Positions 38,455 to 48,917 of a stretch of 64,000 nt of DNA are shown here, piece after piece; the first letter of the stretch is position 1, and each line of letters begins with the position of its first letter. Under the pieces are notes generated by a model. It did not search any database and was not told the origin of the DNA. It was given only the letters and a program-made list of their open reading frames with translations. Origin of the DNA: Aureliella sp. (GTDB lineage: Bacteria; Planctomycetota; Planctomycetia; Pirellulales; Pirellulaceae); contig OY829846.1 of NCBI GenBank assembly GCA_963691875.1, positions 4,416,001 through 4,480,000 on the forward strand. The letters run 5' to 3'. Made by a program: the position numbers and the translations under genes.

Positions 38455-39761
38455 AGCTTGTGGTCCGATGACTTCTGAAGGACACGTACAAGCTGGTTGG
38501 GGGCGATGCGATGCAATCCTTTGTGGATGACCAGACGCTCTGGCTCCAGCTCTACATCAATTTCCGAAAAGTTGTCTTCTGTCTTCAAGACTCTGACTGG
38601 CATCGTCTCGGTCTGAAAAACATCCGTGCTTCGTGTGGGATGAGCAACGAAAATCGTCCATTCACCCCGTTGAGATGACAAAGCTTCACTTGGTATCCAT
38701 ATGCTGGTCCCATTACTGGCCTCATGGACACTAACCTCAACGGACTCGCCCGAAGCGATGTTGAGCTCTACTCGGTCAAAGCTCAGCTTGGCCAAGCGTG
38801 TGCCAGTCGTCGCGTTCAGTGCCGGCGCGAGTGCTAAAAGTCGAGATGGGATTTCTTGATCATCGATTCTGACGCTTGCCGTCACAGAACCAGCCGCGAG
38901 TTTGTTGGCAACTTGGGGCGGCAAAGCGATGTGAACCTGCAGTTGATTTTCTACGAGTTCGACAATAGGTTGCCCTGGTTGGACGACTTCGCCCTTTTCG
39001 ACCAAACGAGACTGAACGTATCCGTCAAACGGAGCTTTGATCGTTGCATTATTCAGGTCATCCTGGCAGCGTTGCAGAACTGCTTCTGCAGCCAAAACGG
39101 CTGACTGCTGTGCGAGAATGTCTTCGTCACGCGTTCCTTCGATTAGTAGCTGATGGGAAAACGCTGCCGCCTTCAGTGTTGCCTCAGCGGCAGAGAGTGC
39201 GAATCGAGCGTTGTCGAGATCGCGAGGCGAGATAACTCCGGGGCGCTCAACTGACGTGACACGATCATGCTCCGCCTGGCACATGCCAACATTTGCCTCA
39301 GCTTCTTGAACAAGGGCTAAGGCACGGGCGATCTCGCTCTTGCGCGGACCCGCCTGCAATTTCTTGAGTTGTGCTTTTGCGGAAGACAGTTCAGCTCGAG
39401 CTTGAGCGACGCTAGCCTGGAGACCGGTTCGGTTTAGCTCAACCAGGTTTTGCCCGGTAGTGACAAACTGGCCAATCTCGATTTTGACCTCCTCGGCGCG
39501 CCCGAGTGTTTGGGCAGCAACCGTGGAAATGCGTGTCGCCTGTACAATTCCCTGGAACCTTCGTTCTGATCCTGGCTTGCTGAAAAACTCATGCGCCGGC
39601 TTTGCCGCAACAAATACAAGTTGCGTCTCGGCGGCTTCTGGCTGCGTTGAATGAAGAAAGCTCATAGCATCGCTAGGCAAATTGCTCGTGAATGCGAAGG
39701 TGCCGACGATGCCTAGAACTAGCGCAAACGTGACTTTAGTTATCGAGAAGAGTTCGGCCAT
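38451..39761 (-). CDS. RND periplasmic adaptor (membrane fusion protein)
   Basis: GQFVTTGQNLVEL, long hairpin, IKAPFDGYV..GEVVQPGQPI; ATGA-type overlap with the permease. Confidence 0.9.
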   Translation of the reverse strand: MAELFSITKVTFALVLGIVGTFAFTSNLPSDAMSFLHSTQPEAAETQLVFVAAKPAHEFFSKPGSERRFQGIVQATRISTVAAQTLGRAEEVKIEIGQFVTTGQNLVELNRTGLQASVAQARAELSSAKAQLKKLQAGPRKSEIARALALVQEAEANVGMCQAEHDRVTSVERPGVISPRDLDNARFALSAAEATLKAAAFSHQLLIEGTRDEDILAQQSAVLAAEAVLQRCQDDLNNATIKAPFDGYVQSRLVEKGEVVQPGQPIVELVENQLQVHIALPPQVANKLAAGSVTASVRIDDQEIPSRLLALAPALNATTGTRLAKLSFDRVELNIASGESVEVSVHEASNGTSIWIPSEALSSQRGEWTIFVAHPTRSTDVFQTETMPVRVLKTEDNFSEIDVELEPERLVIHKGLHRIAPNQLVRVLQKSSDHKL

Positions 39762-40171
39762 GCTGGCCCTCGCTAGAAATGTTACGCGGTCGACCCTAGC
39801 CTCGATGTACTGACGGATTTTCAGCGAGGCAATCCGATAAAATGGAACAGCAAAGCTTTGGTCGCCCAACAGGCGTGTCAATCAAAGGGCAGCAAGCTTG
39901 ACTTCATTGCAGGTCGTACTGGCGCGAATGTAAGGGTTGCGCGCAAGGCAATCAGGAGGTTGTCAGCAGCCGATGGCTGATCTGCGACAGACTACTCGCA
40001 ATTCTAGTGCATGCTTAGTTCAATAGAGGTGAACCGTTTTGCCCCTAAACGCTGAAGGTCCCTCTCATTCCAGTTAATGTTTCAGATCGCCTCGAGCCGT
40101 TAGAGGGGTGCGAATTACTCCCGCGACTTAACGCGCATCGGCAAGCCTGGGTTGAGGCCATTGGTCGCGGC

Positions 40172-41089
40172 TTGCTGCACAGGACATTCGTACTGGAGCA
40201 CCGTAATGCTTTAGGTGAAGTTGACGGTCTGTTGCCACTTGCTCTTGTCCAAAGTCTGCTATTCGGCAGGTTTCTCGTCAGCTTGCCCTACGTAAACACC
40301 GGTGGAGTGTGGGCAGGTAACGAAGATGTAGCCCGAGAGTTAATTGATGAAGCATGTGACTTAGCGGATCAGCACAACGTGAAGTACCTGGAGCTACGTC
40401 ATGAGCGTCCAGTCGAACACCCAAGGCTAAACTTCAGCCGTACCGATAAGAAACACATGCGGCTTACACTGCCAGAAAGTGCTGAAGAACTGGATCGTAG
40501 TTTCAAATCGAAACTACGCAGCCAAGTTAAGAAAAGCAACGAGTATGGATCGTCGTTGCAAGTCGGAGGGGCAGAGTTACTTCCCGAGTTCTACGAGATC
40601 TTCGCGATCAATATGCGAGACCTGGGCACTCCAGTGTTTTCGCAGAACCTATTTCTCAACATCTTAAACAGCTTTGAAGGCGACGCAGAGATCTGCCTAG
40701 TGCGTCAGAAGGGCAGGGCAGTTGCAGCTGGATTGCTGGTGCACGCTGGCGGAGTCACAGAAGTACCCAGCGCGAGTAGCCTGCGAGAATACAATCGCAC
40801 GAATGCGAACATGTGGATGTATCGTAACATGTTGGCTCGAGCCATTGAACGCGGAAGCCATACTTTCGATTTCGGGCGTAGCAGCGAAGGTGCTGGAACC
40901 TACAAATTCAAAGCTCAGTGGGGCGCCAAACCAGAGCCCGCGCACTGGCAGTACTACGTGCGAAAAGGCTCGCCAGGAGATATGCGTCCCGATTCGGATG
41001 GGAAACAGCGTCTTGTTCAGATCTGGCAGAAATTACCTGTTTGCCTCACCCGTATCATCGGCCCTAGCATCGTCCGTGGCATTCCGTAG
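40172..41089 (+). CDS. FemAB-related acyltransferase of PEP-CTERM/XrtA polysaccharide loci
   Basis: LFGRFLVSLPY, KLRSQVKK, MRDLGTPV, FDFGRS..G.GTY.FK.QWG, WQKLP..IGP. The reading frame is open upstream to about 40049 but has no canonical start. Confidence 0.88.
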   Translation: MLHRTFVLEHRNALGEVDGLLPLALVQSLLFGRFLVSLPYVNTGGVWAGNEDVARELIDEACDLADQHNVKYLELRHERPVEHPRLNFSRTDKKHMRLTLPESAEELDRSFKSKLRSQVKKSNEYGSSLQVGGAELLPEFYEIFAINMRDLGTPVFSQNLFLNILNSFEGDAEICLVRQKGRAVAAGLLVHAGGVTEVPSASSLREYNRTNANMWMYRNMLARAIERGSHTFDFGRSSEGAGTYKFKAQWGAKPEPAHWQYYVRKGSPGDMRPDSDGKQRLVQIWQKLPVCLTRIIGPSIVRGIP

Positions 41090-41227
41090 TTTTATTGTCG
41101 AGTTCTAGCTTTCAGTTAGAAGACGACAACGAATTACTCATTCTCTCTAGCGCTTAGCAGTTCTCGAGGGATAGTCGGGTACTTCCCTCTACGCCTCTAC
41201 GCGTGGGCTGTGCCCGGAGAGGGACGG

Positions 41228-43189
41228 TCATCTGGAGTCTCCTCTGCCTGTCCCTCGGGAATGAGTCAGTCCCTCTCCCACCCCAATAAGCAAACAGAAA
41301 AGTTCAATGGTCCAGCTCGTATTCAACATGGTGCCAAAAAGGCCGATCGCCAAGAAACCAATTATGCTCGTGATGATGGTCAACGAAAAACTACACCGTT
41401 GCCTAGCTGCCAATCGCCGTAATCGTTCGCTCAGCAATACAATTGGAATTGCCAAAGCAAGCACTCCAAGCATACCCATCTCGATGGCGATGTGGGACCA
41501 CAGGTTCTTTGCATGGTAAACCAAGTGGTCGTCGCTGGAGAAGAACCAGTGCTTGCTCCCTTGCGAGAAATCTCCGTTTTTGAGAACCGGCTTGCCACTC
41601 GCATCCCGAATCGAGATTTCCTCGATATCCAAGTATCTTAGTTTTCGTGACGAGGCACTGATACCGATCGTGATACGGCAATACTTGCGCCACTCAGGGC
41701 TGGTTTCTGAATTGATCACGTCGTTTGGCAGCTGCTGAAGCACATACTTGCGGCTCGACTTAGGGCCAACCTTTTCAGGGCTAACACAGTCATAGGATTG
41801 CAGTAGGCTCTTATGGCAAATCGATATGCTAGGTTCAATATCGCCTAAGTAATGAACCTCAATAGTCCAGGGAAGAGGCCTGCTAGCATCCAGCCGTTGC
41901 TCTAAGTAAGTCTTCTCTTGGCTGTGCAGGCGAACCGCAATACCTTGATCTGATTCCACCAAACCTATCGGAGTCTGAGGTCGATCGATGCTTGCTCGAA
42001 AAACACTCGGGTACGTTCCGAGACCATAGCCGAAGAGGATTTTCTCGTACGCTAACTCCTTTATCTTTTGAAGATGCTTTGTCCTAGTTTCAAAATCAAA
42101 CCCTATGCGATCAAATCTTCCAGGCAAGGCAGATCCAGCAATCCAAAGAAGCACTCCGAAGAAGACTATGAGCATGGCAATTCCGATACGCGGAAACTTC
42201 GGCTCAACTCGACCAATTGAGGTGGCCGTTTCTGATTGTTTGTTGAAAACAAAGATTCTTAGGACGGCGAGTGCGATAACGCTCGCAAATGTAAAGGCAA
42301 TGATCGCGCGAGACATGGTGACGAAGACTGTATAGATGCTGGTGATCTGCAGAATCCAAGCTAGGTATGTCTCAAATGATTGTTTCGACTGAAATTGGAA
42401 CACAAACGGAATGGCCAGAGCCCAGTAGGCATCAATATGTTGCCCTCCGATGTGCATACTATGAAACGGTCCGCTAACGCGTAGCACAACGTCAAAATCG
42501 AGCAGGCCAACTGACACAGCACGATCAAAAATCGAGGTGAGACAGACCCAAGCCGCTCCGATCTGCATTCCGCGAGAAAGAGCTCTCCAGTTTTCGCTAC
42601 GTGACTCTTGATCTCCGGAGAACGCGCGAAAGGCCAGCGGAAACAAGAGTGTACCGACTGTATACGCGAGAGTTATTCGCAAAGGATTTTGATGTGAAGC
42701 GTAGGTGCTAAGTGCATCTCCGGTTAGAGCTCCTGGCAACACCACGAATCCGCGAACGCCATTGATGATGAGCAGGCCGAGAAACGGCAGCCAACACACA
42801 AAAGAGACGCTCGGAGCCCAGTATTCGCAGTCTCGGTATAGAAGTCTCCCACCGATCATCGCAACTATGAGTATTTCTCTTTCTTGAACCAGCAACTCAC
42901 CCGTGTCGAGATAAAAGTCGCCAGCCACAAACGCGATTGGCGTCGCCAACAACCAGAAACGTGGTAATTTCCACGAAAGAAAGGCTGCGGCAACAGTAGT
43001 GGCAATGAGCGTCATAGGCTGTGCAACGTGACCGAATGCGAACCAAAGACTCAGCAAAAGGAGAGCTCCCCCCATTGCACGATTAGGTGTATTCAGTCGC
43101 TGACGAGGTTTCGTCTTGGGCATATGATAGTCGATCGTTTCGACGCTAGATTTGAATTCTGCTACCGCGTTGTATGGCCTGCCAGGCAC
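41228..43189 (-). CDS. O-antigen ligase-like membrane protein
   Basis: Multi-TM; RVSGPFHSMHIGG, TMSRA, FGYGLGTYP, HAKNLW..IEMGMLG. Confidence 0.75.
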   Translation of the reverse strand: MPGRPYNAVAEFKSSVETIDYHMPKTKPRQRLNTPNRAMGGALLLLSLWFAFGHVAQPMTLIATTVAAAFLSWKLPRFWLLATPIAFVAGDFYLDTGELLVQEREILIVAMIGGRLLYRDCEYWAPSVSFVCWLPFLGLLIINGVRGFVVLPGALTGDALSTYASHQNPLRITLAYTVGTLLFPLAFRAFSGDQESRSENWRALSRGMQIGAAWVCLTSIFDRAVSVGLLDFDVVLRVSGPFHSMHIGGQHIDAYWALAIPFVFQFQSKQSFETYLAWILQITSIYTVFVTMSRAIIAFTFASVIALAVLRIFVFNKQSETATSIGRVEPKFPRIGIAMLIVFFGVLLWIAGSALPGRFDRIGFDFETRTKHLQKIKELAYEKILFGYGLGTYPSVFRASIDRPQTPIGLVESDQGIAVRLHSQEKTYLEQRLDASRPLPWTIEVHYLGDIEPSISICHKSLLQSYDCVSPEKVGPKSSRKYVLQQLPNDVINSETSPEWRKYCRITIGISASSRKLRYLDIEEISIRDASGKPVLKNGDFSQGSKHWFFSSDDHLVYHAKNLWSHIAIEMGMLGVLALAIPIVLLSERLRRLAARQRCSFSLTIITSIIGFLAIGLFGTMLNTSWTIELFCLLIGVGEGLTHSRGTGRGDSR

Positions 43190-43192
43190 GCT

Positions 43193-44614
43193 TTATGTTT
43201 CAGATTCACTCGATACGGATTTTTGGGTGAAGCTTGATTGATTAGATATTATGAGCTTCTCAAGTTGGCCCTTCAACTTCGCTTGGCTCGGCATAAGAAG
43301 TCGAAACGCGATAGTACCAATCAGCATCCCCAACGAGTAGGTTATCCAGTCTGTTGCATCTGGAACCAAAGGAGAAAGGAAGACTTGGCCCAGTTCGACG
43401 CCTAATCCCATTGCCGCACCGCCAAAAAACAAGGTTCCCCAAGGTGCATTCTTGAGTTTCGGGGATTCAGATGAAGGTTTCCTTCGGGATCTCCATCCGC
43501 AAATTAGAAATGCGAGCGTTCCGAACGCAATCCACTTCAACAAAATGTTTACCCCAGCGGCGAACTCACTGGAACGGTGAGCTCTTGCAAATGGAACAGT
43601 AAAGATGTCAATGGCGCGTTCTCGAAGCAATGCAGGTTCCGTAATTACGTGATCAAACCGCGACAAAAAAGCGATTGCCATCACGCCACACCAAGCGAAG
43701 ATTCCGAACAGCCAAAAGATACTTCTGTCGAAAGCTAGAAAACGAGACACAAGCGGTGCCAATCGTGTTGCGACGATGACACCTAAGATCGAAGCGATGA
43801 TATCGGTTGTTGCAAACTCACGGCTGTATATCGGTAGCTTCAGTGCCTCAACTATAACGGCCGCCACGATTCCGTGTCGCAATGCATAGCCTGAGCACCG
43901 GCAAATCGAAGCTACCATTGCAAATGGCACGATTCGCAGTCCGGGAACGATCAGCGATGCAAGCCATTTAAGTTGTGGCTTGAGTTCTGCTGGGAAGTCC
44001 TGAAAAGGCATGAACGAAAATCCGCCGTTCTGCGATTTTGCTTGAACCTCGCTCCAGTTAAGAATGACATCGAGTGGTAGCAGGCTGTACAGGCAGAGTG
44101 CGACTAATGACGCTTGGGCCATCCAAAACCATCGTTCCAGACCAGGGTCGTGTTCGAAAAAACGTTCTAATCCCTGGGCTAGCCGATGGCCGAGCGAGAG
44201 CCACAGCACTACGCCGCCCAGCGATCCGATCAGTCCAGCAAAGATGTCGTTCTGCGAAACGACTCGCGGTGGGAAGTAGACTTGGACCAACTCGATTCCG
44301 ACAACAATGGCTGACAAGGCAGTCACAATCAAAGGTGCGGCGGTCCATAGCCAGATCGACGACTTTCTGCGAAAGCCTATTGCACCGGCAGCAAAGAAGC
44401 CAGGCGGCAGCATGATCAAGCCATTCGCTACCCAGTCCGCTCGATTCCCAATCGTCAGGTTTAGCCATGGAATCTGCTGCCACCTCGAGACCGCTTCTTC
44501 CCATGGAAACTCCCTGTACCTCAACGGCACCAGTGAGGCGTAAACAACGAAGACAGTCGCCAGAAAAGCAAAGCCGAGCAGACTGCAGCGTATAAGCCTG
44601 GTGTTATCCTCCAT
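43193..44614 (-). CDS. VanZ-family polytopic membrane protein
   Basis: YASLVP, DWVANGLIMLPPGF, IELVQVYFPPRVVSQND, repeated VanZ-like units. Confidence 0.8.
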   Translation of the reverse strand: MEDNTRLIRCSLLGFAFLATVFVVYASLVPLRYREFPWEEAVSRWQQIPWLNLTIGNRADWVANGLIMLPPGFFAAGAIGFRRKSSIWLWTAAPLIVTALSAIVVGIELVQVYFPPRVVSQNDIFAGLIGSLGGVVLWLSLGHRLAQGLERFFEHDPGLERWFWMAQASLVALCLYSLLPLDVILNWSEVQAKSQNGGFSFMPFQDFPAELKPQLKWLASLIVPGLRIVPFAMVASICRCSGYALRHGIVAAVIVEALKLPIYSREFATTDIIASILGVIVATRLAPLVSRFLAFDRSIFWLFGIFAWCGVMAIAFLSRFDHVITEPALLRERAIDIFTVPFARAHRSSEFAAGVNILLKWIAFGTLAFLICGWRSRRKPSSESPKLKNAPWGTLFFGGAAMGLGVELGQVFLSPLVPDATDWITYSLGMLIGTIAFRLLMPSQAKLKGQLEKLIISNQSSFTQKSVSSESET

Positions 44615-44833
44615 TGCGATGTGGGCTCATTGTGTGAGTCGGAGCAGAACGTTTCTAAAGCTTGCGCTGTGAGAAGTGCGTGTAAATTGCGATTGAAAAG
44701 AGAAGCGACCGAACAGAGCAAGCGCCATCAGCAAAGCACTCAACGGGTCGAAGTTGTGAGACTGCTGTTCAGCTAACATCTTAATCATTTCTGCCCAGAG
44801 CGAGAACATGAAACTGAGCATTGGTCTCGTCTA

Positions 44834-45678
44834 TTACCCCGCAGATTCGAAGCGGTCAGCTGGCGATTTTTCAAGGCATTTGAGACATGTTGTCTCGATG
44901 TCCTGGTCAATCTCTGGTGTAAGTCGCCCTGGTGGCACTGGAAGTTGCTGCCTGACCGAGATGAGGAGATTGACCACGTTGCGGTCTCGGAGTGAGGGCC
45001 GTCCGGTCACCATTGTGTAGAGTACTGTACCGATTGTGTAGATATTAGTTTCGACTCCCACCTCATCTGGTGAACCAGTCGCTTGCTTAGGGGGCATGCA
45101 GCCATAGGCGCCTAGCATCACGCGTGTGGCGGTAATGGCTTCATTTGTGACGATGTATACCAATCGGAAGTTGACGAGTTTGAGTGAAACATCAGCAGAA
45201 ATCAAACCGTTGGCGGGCTTCACGTCGCGAAGCACCACACCTTTGCTATGTGCGTAGTCCACTGCCCGGGTGATCGCGAGTGGAATTTTGTAGCCAGCGT
45301 CGGACGCAATGGCATGTTTCCCGCCAACCCGTCAGCGAGCGATCTGCCGTCTATGAAAGCCATCAAAAAAGTGTTGACCATCAGCCTCGTCGACATGGTG
45401 TACCTCGACAATGCTCGGGTAATCTAGCTTTGCTGCCGCTCGAGCCGCGCGTTGAAACGCTCAAACTGCTTCTCAGAAGTAAGGCTACCAGCAAGGATCA
45501 TCTTTATTGCGACCAATCTATCGAGACTTCTTTGTCGTGCTTTATATACGACTACCATTCCGCCACGCGCGATTTCCCCGAGGATTTCCCGGTCTTGCAA
45601 CTCCAGATGGATTGAAGATGTCATCCTGTGTCTCGTCTTCCATTGAGGTGGTAGATGAAACCGTAGCTGTGTCTTCAT
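44834..45678 (-). pseudogene. Ser/Thr protein kinase pseudogene
   Basis: Kinase motifs split across three ORF fragments ([58 protein letters not shown]); HRD and DFG are degraded. Confidence 0.85.
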
Positions 45679-45886
45679 TTACAGGGGCACTTATCGAGTT
45701 CGCTTGTTTTGGACCAGTTCGGCCAGCAGATCTGTTCCATACCTATGAACCATACAATCGTTGCAATCGTCAGATTCTCGCTACTGGCTTGCGCAAATGA
45801 ATTCGTCAACGACTGCTCTCGAGAGGTGTGAGCTAGTTTTGAGGTGAGTCCATTCGTGTGAATCAGACAGCAAAAGGTACGAGCTG

Positions 45887-47932
45887 GTGATTTCAGCAGA
45901 GCAAGCGATCGCAACAACAGGGTTCTCGTTGCCGGCCCAACAAATCTCCGGTGGCGGTAGATGTGAGCTCGATTTTGAAGTGCTTGACGAGATGCTTAAG
46001 GTAGCTTGCGCTGCTCCTTCAGCAGACAATAATCAGCCTTGGAAATTCGAAGCTGAAACCTCTCGGTTGACGGTACTGCATGACCAAGAGCGCCAACTGA
46101 GTTCTGACTTCAATCGAATGTTTGATCTGATGGCACTTGGATGTGCTGTTGAAAATATTGTTCAGCAAGCCGCTGCACGTGGGTATCGAACAAGAGTGAA
46201 TCTGAGCCCGTTGGGGGCATCAACGCCAGAACAGGAATGCGATCGTATAGCTGAGCTGACTTGGGAAAATGCCGAGTTGATCGAACACGAGGGGCTAGCA
46301 AATTGGATTTACGATCGAGAAACGAACCGAAACTCCTATTCGATCCAGCCCCTCGCAGGAAATGAAAGTGCCGAACTCAGCAAGTGTGTTACTCAGGGCG
46401 TAAAGCTTGACTGGATCGAGGATCGATCCCAACTTGCGAGTTTCGCAAATCTAATTGGTGAGTCGGATAAAATCCGGTTCATGTGTCGCGATTGTCATGA
46501 AGAGCTTCATTCGCAACTGCGGCTCAATTTGCCGGACGTAGCTTGCACGCGAGACGGATTAGACTACCGTACGCTAGGACTACCACAGGGTGGCCGATGG
46601 TTCTTAAGAGCGATAAAAAGCTGGAGTGTCGCGGGAGTTTTGAATCGATTGGGGCTTGCGAAGGCAATGACTCTGCCTGGCGTTCAGGTCGTTAGACAAA
46701 GCGCAGCGATTGGACTGCTCTCATTAGATTCTAGCGATCAGCAAGCGATGTTCGAGGGAGGCAGGGCCTTTCAACGACTATGGCTAACCGCAACGAAGTT
46801 GGGGCTGAGCCTCCAACCGCTCGCCAGTCTTCCAATGGTTCTGTCGAACAAGGAATTGCCAGAGGCAGCCTCAACACTCGTGGGGCGGGTTCGCGCCAGT
46901 GCGAAAAGGCAACTGCCTTTGGGCGGGCGTACTCTCTTGATGGCATTCCGGATTGGATACCCGAAACGAACTCCGCACGTGCGATCGCTGCGTCGTGACT
47001 TTCGCGAATCAGTCACCTATGAGACGCCGAGTGCGCGAGGTCACAAGTCGCTGACCGGTGGTGAAACTTGGACTTACAAAGAAGCGTTCAAGCGGAACTC
47101 AGGGTTGATCTCAGAAGAGTTACAAGAAAAGCTACGACGCTGCCGCGTGGCAATACCAGGCATGGGCGGCGTCGGCGGGGTCCATCTGATGACACTTGCA
47201 CGGCTGGGAGTCGGCGCCTTCACTATTGCGGATGCCGACGAGTTTGGGGTCGCGAACTTTAATAGGCAATACGGCGCCTCTATCCAGACAGTCGGCGATC
47301 AAAAAGCAGATACGATGTCGCGAATTGTTCAGCAAGTGAATCCTGAGGTGCGGCTCAATGTGCTAAAGAGCTTTGTCACGCCTGAGAATGTACATCGGTT
47401 CTTAGATGGCGTAGACGTCCTCGTGGATAGCGTGGACTTCTTCTCGATCGATGCTCGCCGACTCCTGTTTGCTGAGGCAAGACGCCGTGGGATATGGGCC
47501 ATCACTGCAGGGCCAATCGGTTTTAGCACTGCGTGGATGACCTTTGATCCAAACGGCATGAGCTTCGAAGAGTACTTTGCGATGGCTTCGAAGAAGACAA
47601 AAGTGGATCAACTCGTTTCCTTTGCCGTTGGTTTGACACCCCAGGCGACGCAAAGCAAATACATGGATCTGTCGAAGGTCGACCTGAATTCTGGTGCGGC
47701 TCCATCCGTTGGTCTTGCTTGCCAGCTTGCCAGCGGTGTAGCTGCTTCAGAGGTCGTTAAGATTCTCAGCGGCGAAGGAAATCTCCGGTCGGCGCCCTAC
47801 TACCAACAGTTTGACAGCCGCGACGTCAAGCTAAAGAAAGGCAAGTTGAGGTGGGGGAATCGAGGTCCACTCCAGCAAATCAAGCAGTTCGTTTTGAAAC
47901 GTATTTGTGCGCGGAATGGGGTTGCGAATTAG
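45887..47932 (+). CDS. nitroreductase-like (Acg/TyzC-type) plus ThiF adenylyltransferase fusion; putative oxazolone synthetase
   Basis: N-half APSADNNQPW, RETNR, GRAFQRLWL, FRIG..RSLRR; C-half FKRNSGLI..Q, PGMGGVGG, DADEF..NFNRQ, DSVDFF. Confidence 0.85.
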   Translation: MISAEQAIATTGFSLPAQQISGGGRCELDFEVLDEMLKVACAAPSADNNQPWKFEAETSRLTVLHDQERQLSSDFNRMFDLMALGCAVENIVQQAAARGYRTRVNLSPLGASTPEQECDRIAELTWENAELIEHEGLANWIYDRETNRNSYSIQPLAGNESAELSKCVTQGVKLDWIEDRSQLASFANLIGESDKIRFMCRDCHEELHSQLRLNLPDVACTRDGLDYRTLGLPQGGRWFLRAIKSWSVAGVLNRLGLAKAMTLPGVQVVRQSAAIGLLSLDSSDQQAMFEGGRAFQRLWLTATKLGLSLQPLASLPMVLSNKELPEAASTLVGRVRASAKRQLPLGGRTLLMAFRIGYPKRTPHVRSLRRDFRESVTYETPSARGHKSLTGGETWTYKEAFKRNSGLISEELQEKLRRCRVAIPGMGGVGGVHLMTLARLGVGAFTIADADEFGVANFNRQYGASIQTVGDQKADTMSRIVQQVNPEVRLNVLKSFVTPENVHRFLDGVDVLVDSVDFFSIDARRLLFAEARRRGIWAITAGPIGFSTAWMTFDPNGMSFEEYFAMASKKTKVDQLVSFAVGLTPQATQSKYMDLSKVDLNSGAAPSVGLACQLASGVAASEVVKILSGEGNLRSAPYYQQFDSRDVKLKKGKLRWGNRGPLQQIKQFVLKRICARNGVAN

Positions 47933-47982
47933 CATCGCACCACTCCATTTCAGCCGCTATCAAAATCAGATGAGGATACGCG

Positions 47983-48882
47983 ATGCTTCCCTTCCTTCAA
48001 CTCGCTCCGTTGCTCTTCCAGCAGAACGTCGGGCGGCAACTTTTGTATCGAACACCTGAACCGGAAGAGCTTGTCGTTACGGATGGTGGAGATGCCGTCG
48101 CACAATACGACCAAGTGATGGCCACGAAACTTGCAATCAACTACGCGATTGGTGTCGAGTCCGTTTATCGTGCGCGTCAAAAGTCGAGTGGCGGGAATGC
48201 TCTTGATGTCGCGTGTGGGCCAGGGCATATGTCCCTATCGATGTTGAATCATTTGAGGTTGGACGGTCTCACTGGCTTGGATCTATCTGAACCCATGGTT
48301 GCTACGGCGACGAAGAATGCACGTGAACAAGGCTTTCAAGGGGCAAGCTTCGTTAGTGGCGATGCAACAGATCTGCCGTTTGAAGACTCACAGTTCGATC
48401 TGACTACGATGGTGGACGCGGCACACCACATGCCAACGATAGAGCATGTTTCAGAAGCCTTAGCGGAGATGGATCGAGTGACGCAGGAGGATGGTCTAGT
48501 TTTTCTAATGGACCTTGTCCGGCTACGTACCGAGAGCATAACAAAAAGATATGTCAGCGTTCTGGGAGCTGATTACGAGCAGCGGGGTCTTGAGAGCTTT
48601 CTTCAGCAGTTTCACGACTCTATGTTCGCTGCATGGACAGCTGACGAAATCATTTCAGCGATTCCCCAAACAACCGAACGGAATTGGTTCCTATTGATTC
48701 CGCGCGGCGTGCCTTTCGCCCAACTGCTATTCGGGGTTCCAAAAGGCCAATCTCACATATTCCTTAGAAGCGGAGCGCCTTGGGGCCCAAGTCTCCCGTT
48801 GCGCTCTGAAGAAGTTATGGAATACAAGCTCGCCCGCTTCGGAGTGAGTTTTGCGCAGAAAAAAACCCCTCAGAAGACCTGA
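47983..48882 (+). CDS. class I SAM-dependent methyltransferase
   Basis: ALDVACGPG, GLDLSEPM, GDATDLPF..FD, AHH; GAGGA RBS. Confidence 0.88.
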   Translation: MLPFLQLAPLLFQQNVGRQLLYRTPEPEELVVTDGGDAVAQYDQVMATKLAINYAIGVESVYRARQKSSGGNALDVACGPGHMSLSMLNHLRLDGLTGLDLSEPMVATATKNAREQGFQGASFVSGDATDLPFEDSQFDLTTMVDAAHHMPTIEHVSEALAEMDRVTQEDGLVFLMDLVRLRTESITKRYVSVLGADYEQRGLESFLQQFHDSMFAAWTADEIISAIPQTTERNWFLLIPRGVPFAQLLFGVPKGQSHIFLRSGAPWGPSLPLRSEEVMEYKLARFGVSFAQKKTPQKT

Positions 48883-48890
48883 AGGGTTTT
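48859..48890. terminator. bidirectional terminator-like hairpin between convergent genes
   Basis: A7-cccctcag-aagac-ctgaaggg-T4. Confidence 0.55.
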
Positions 48891-48917
48891 GTATCGTTTT
48901 CAGTTCTCACACGAAGC

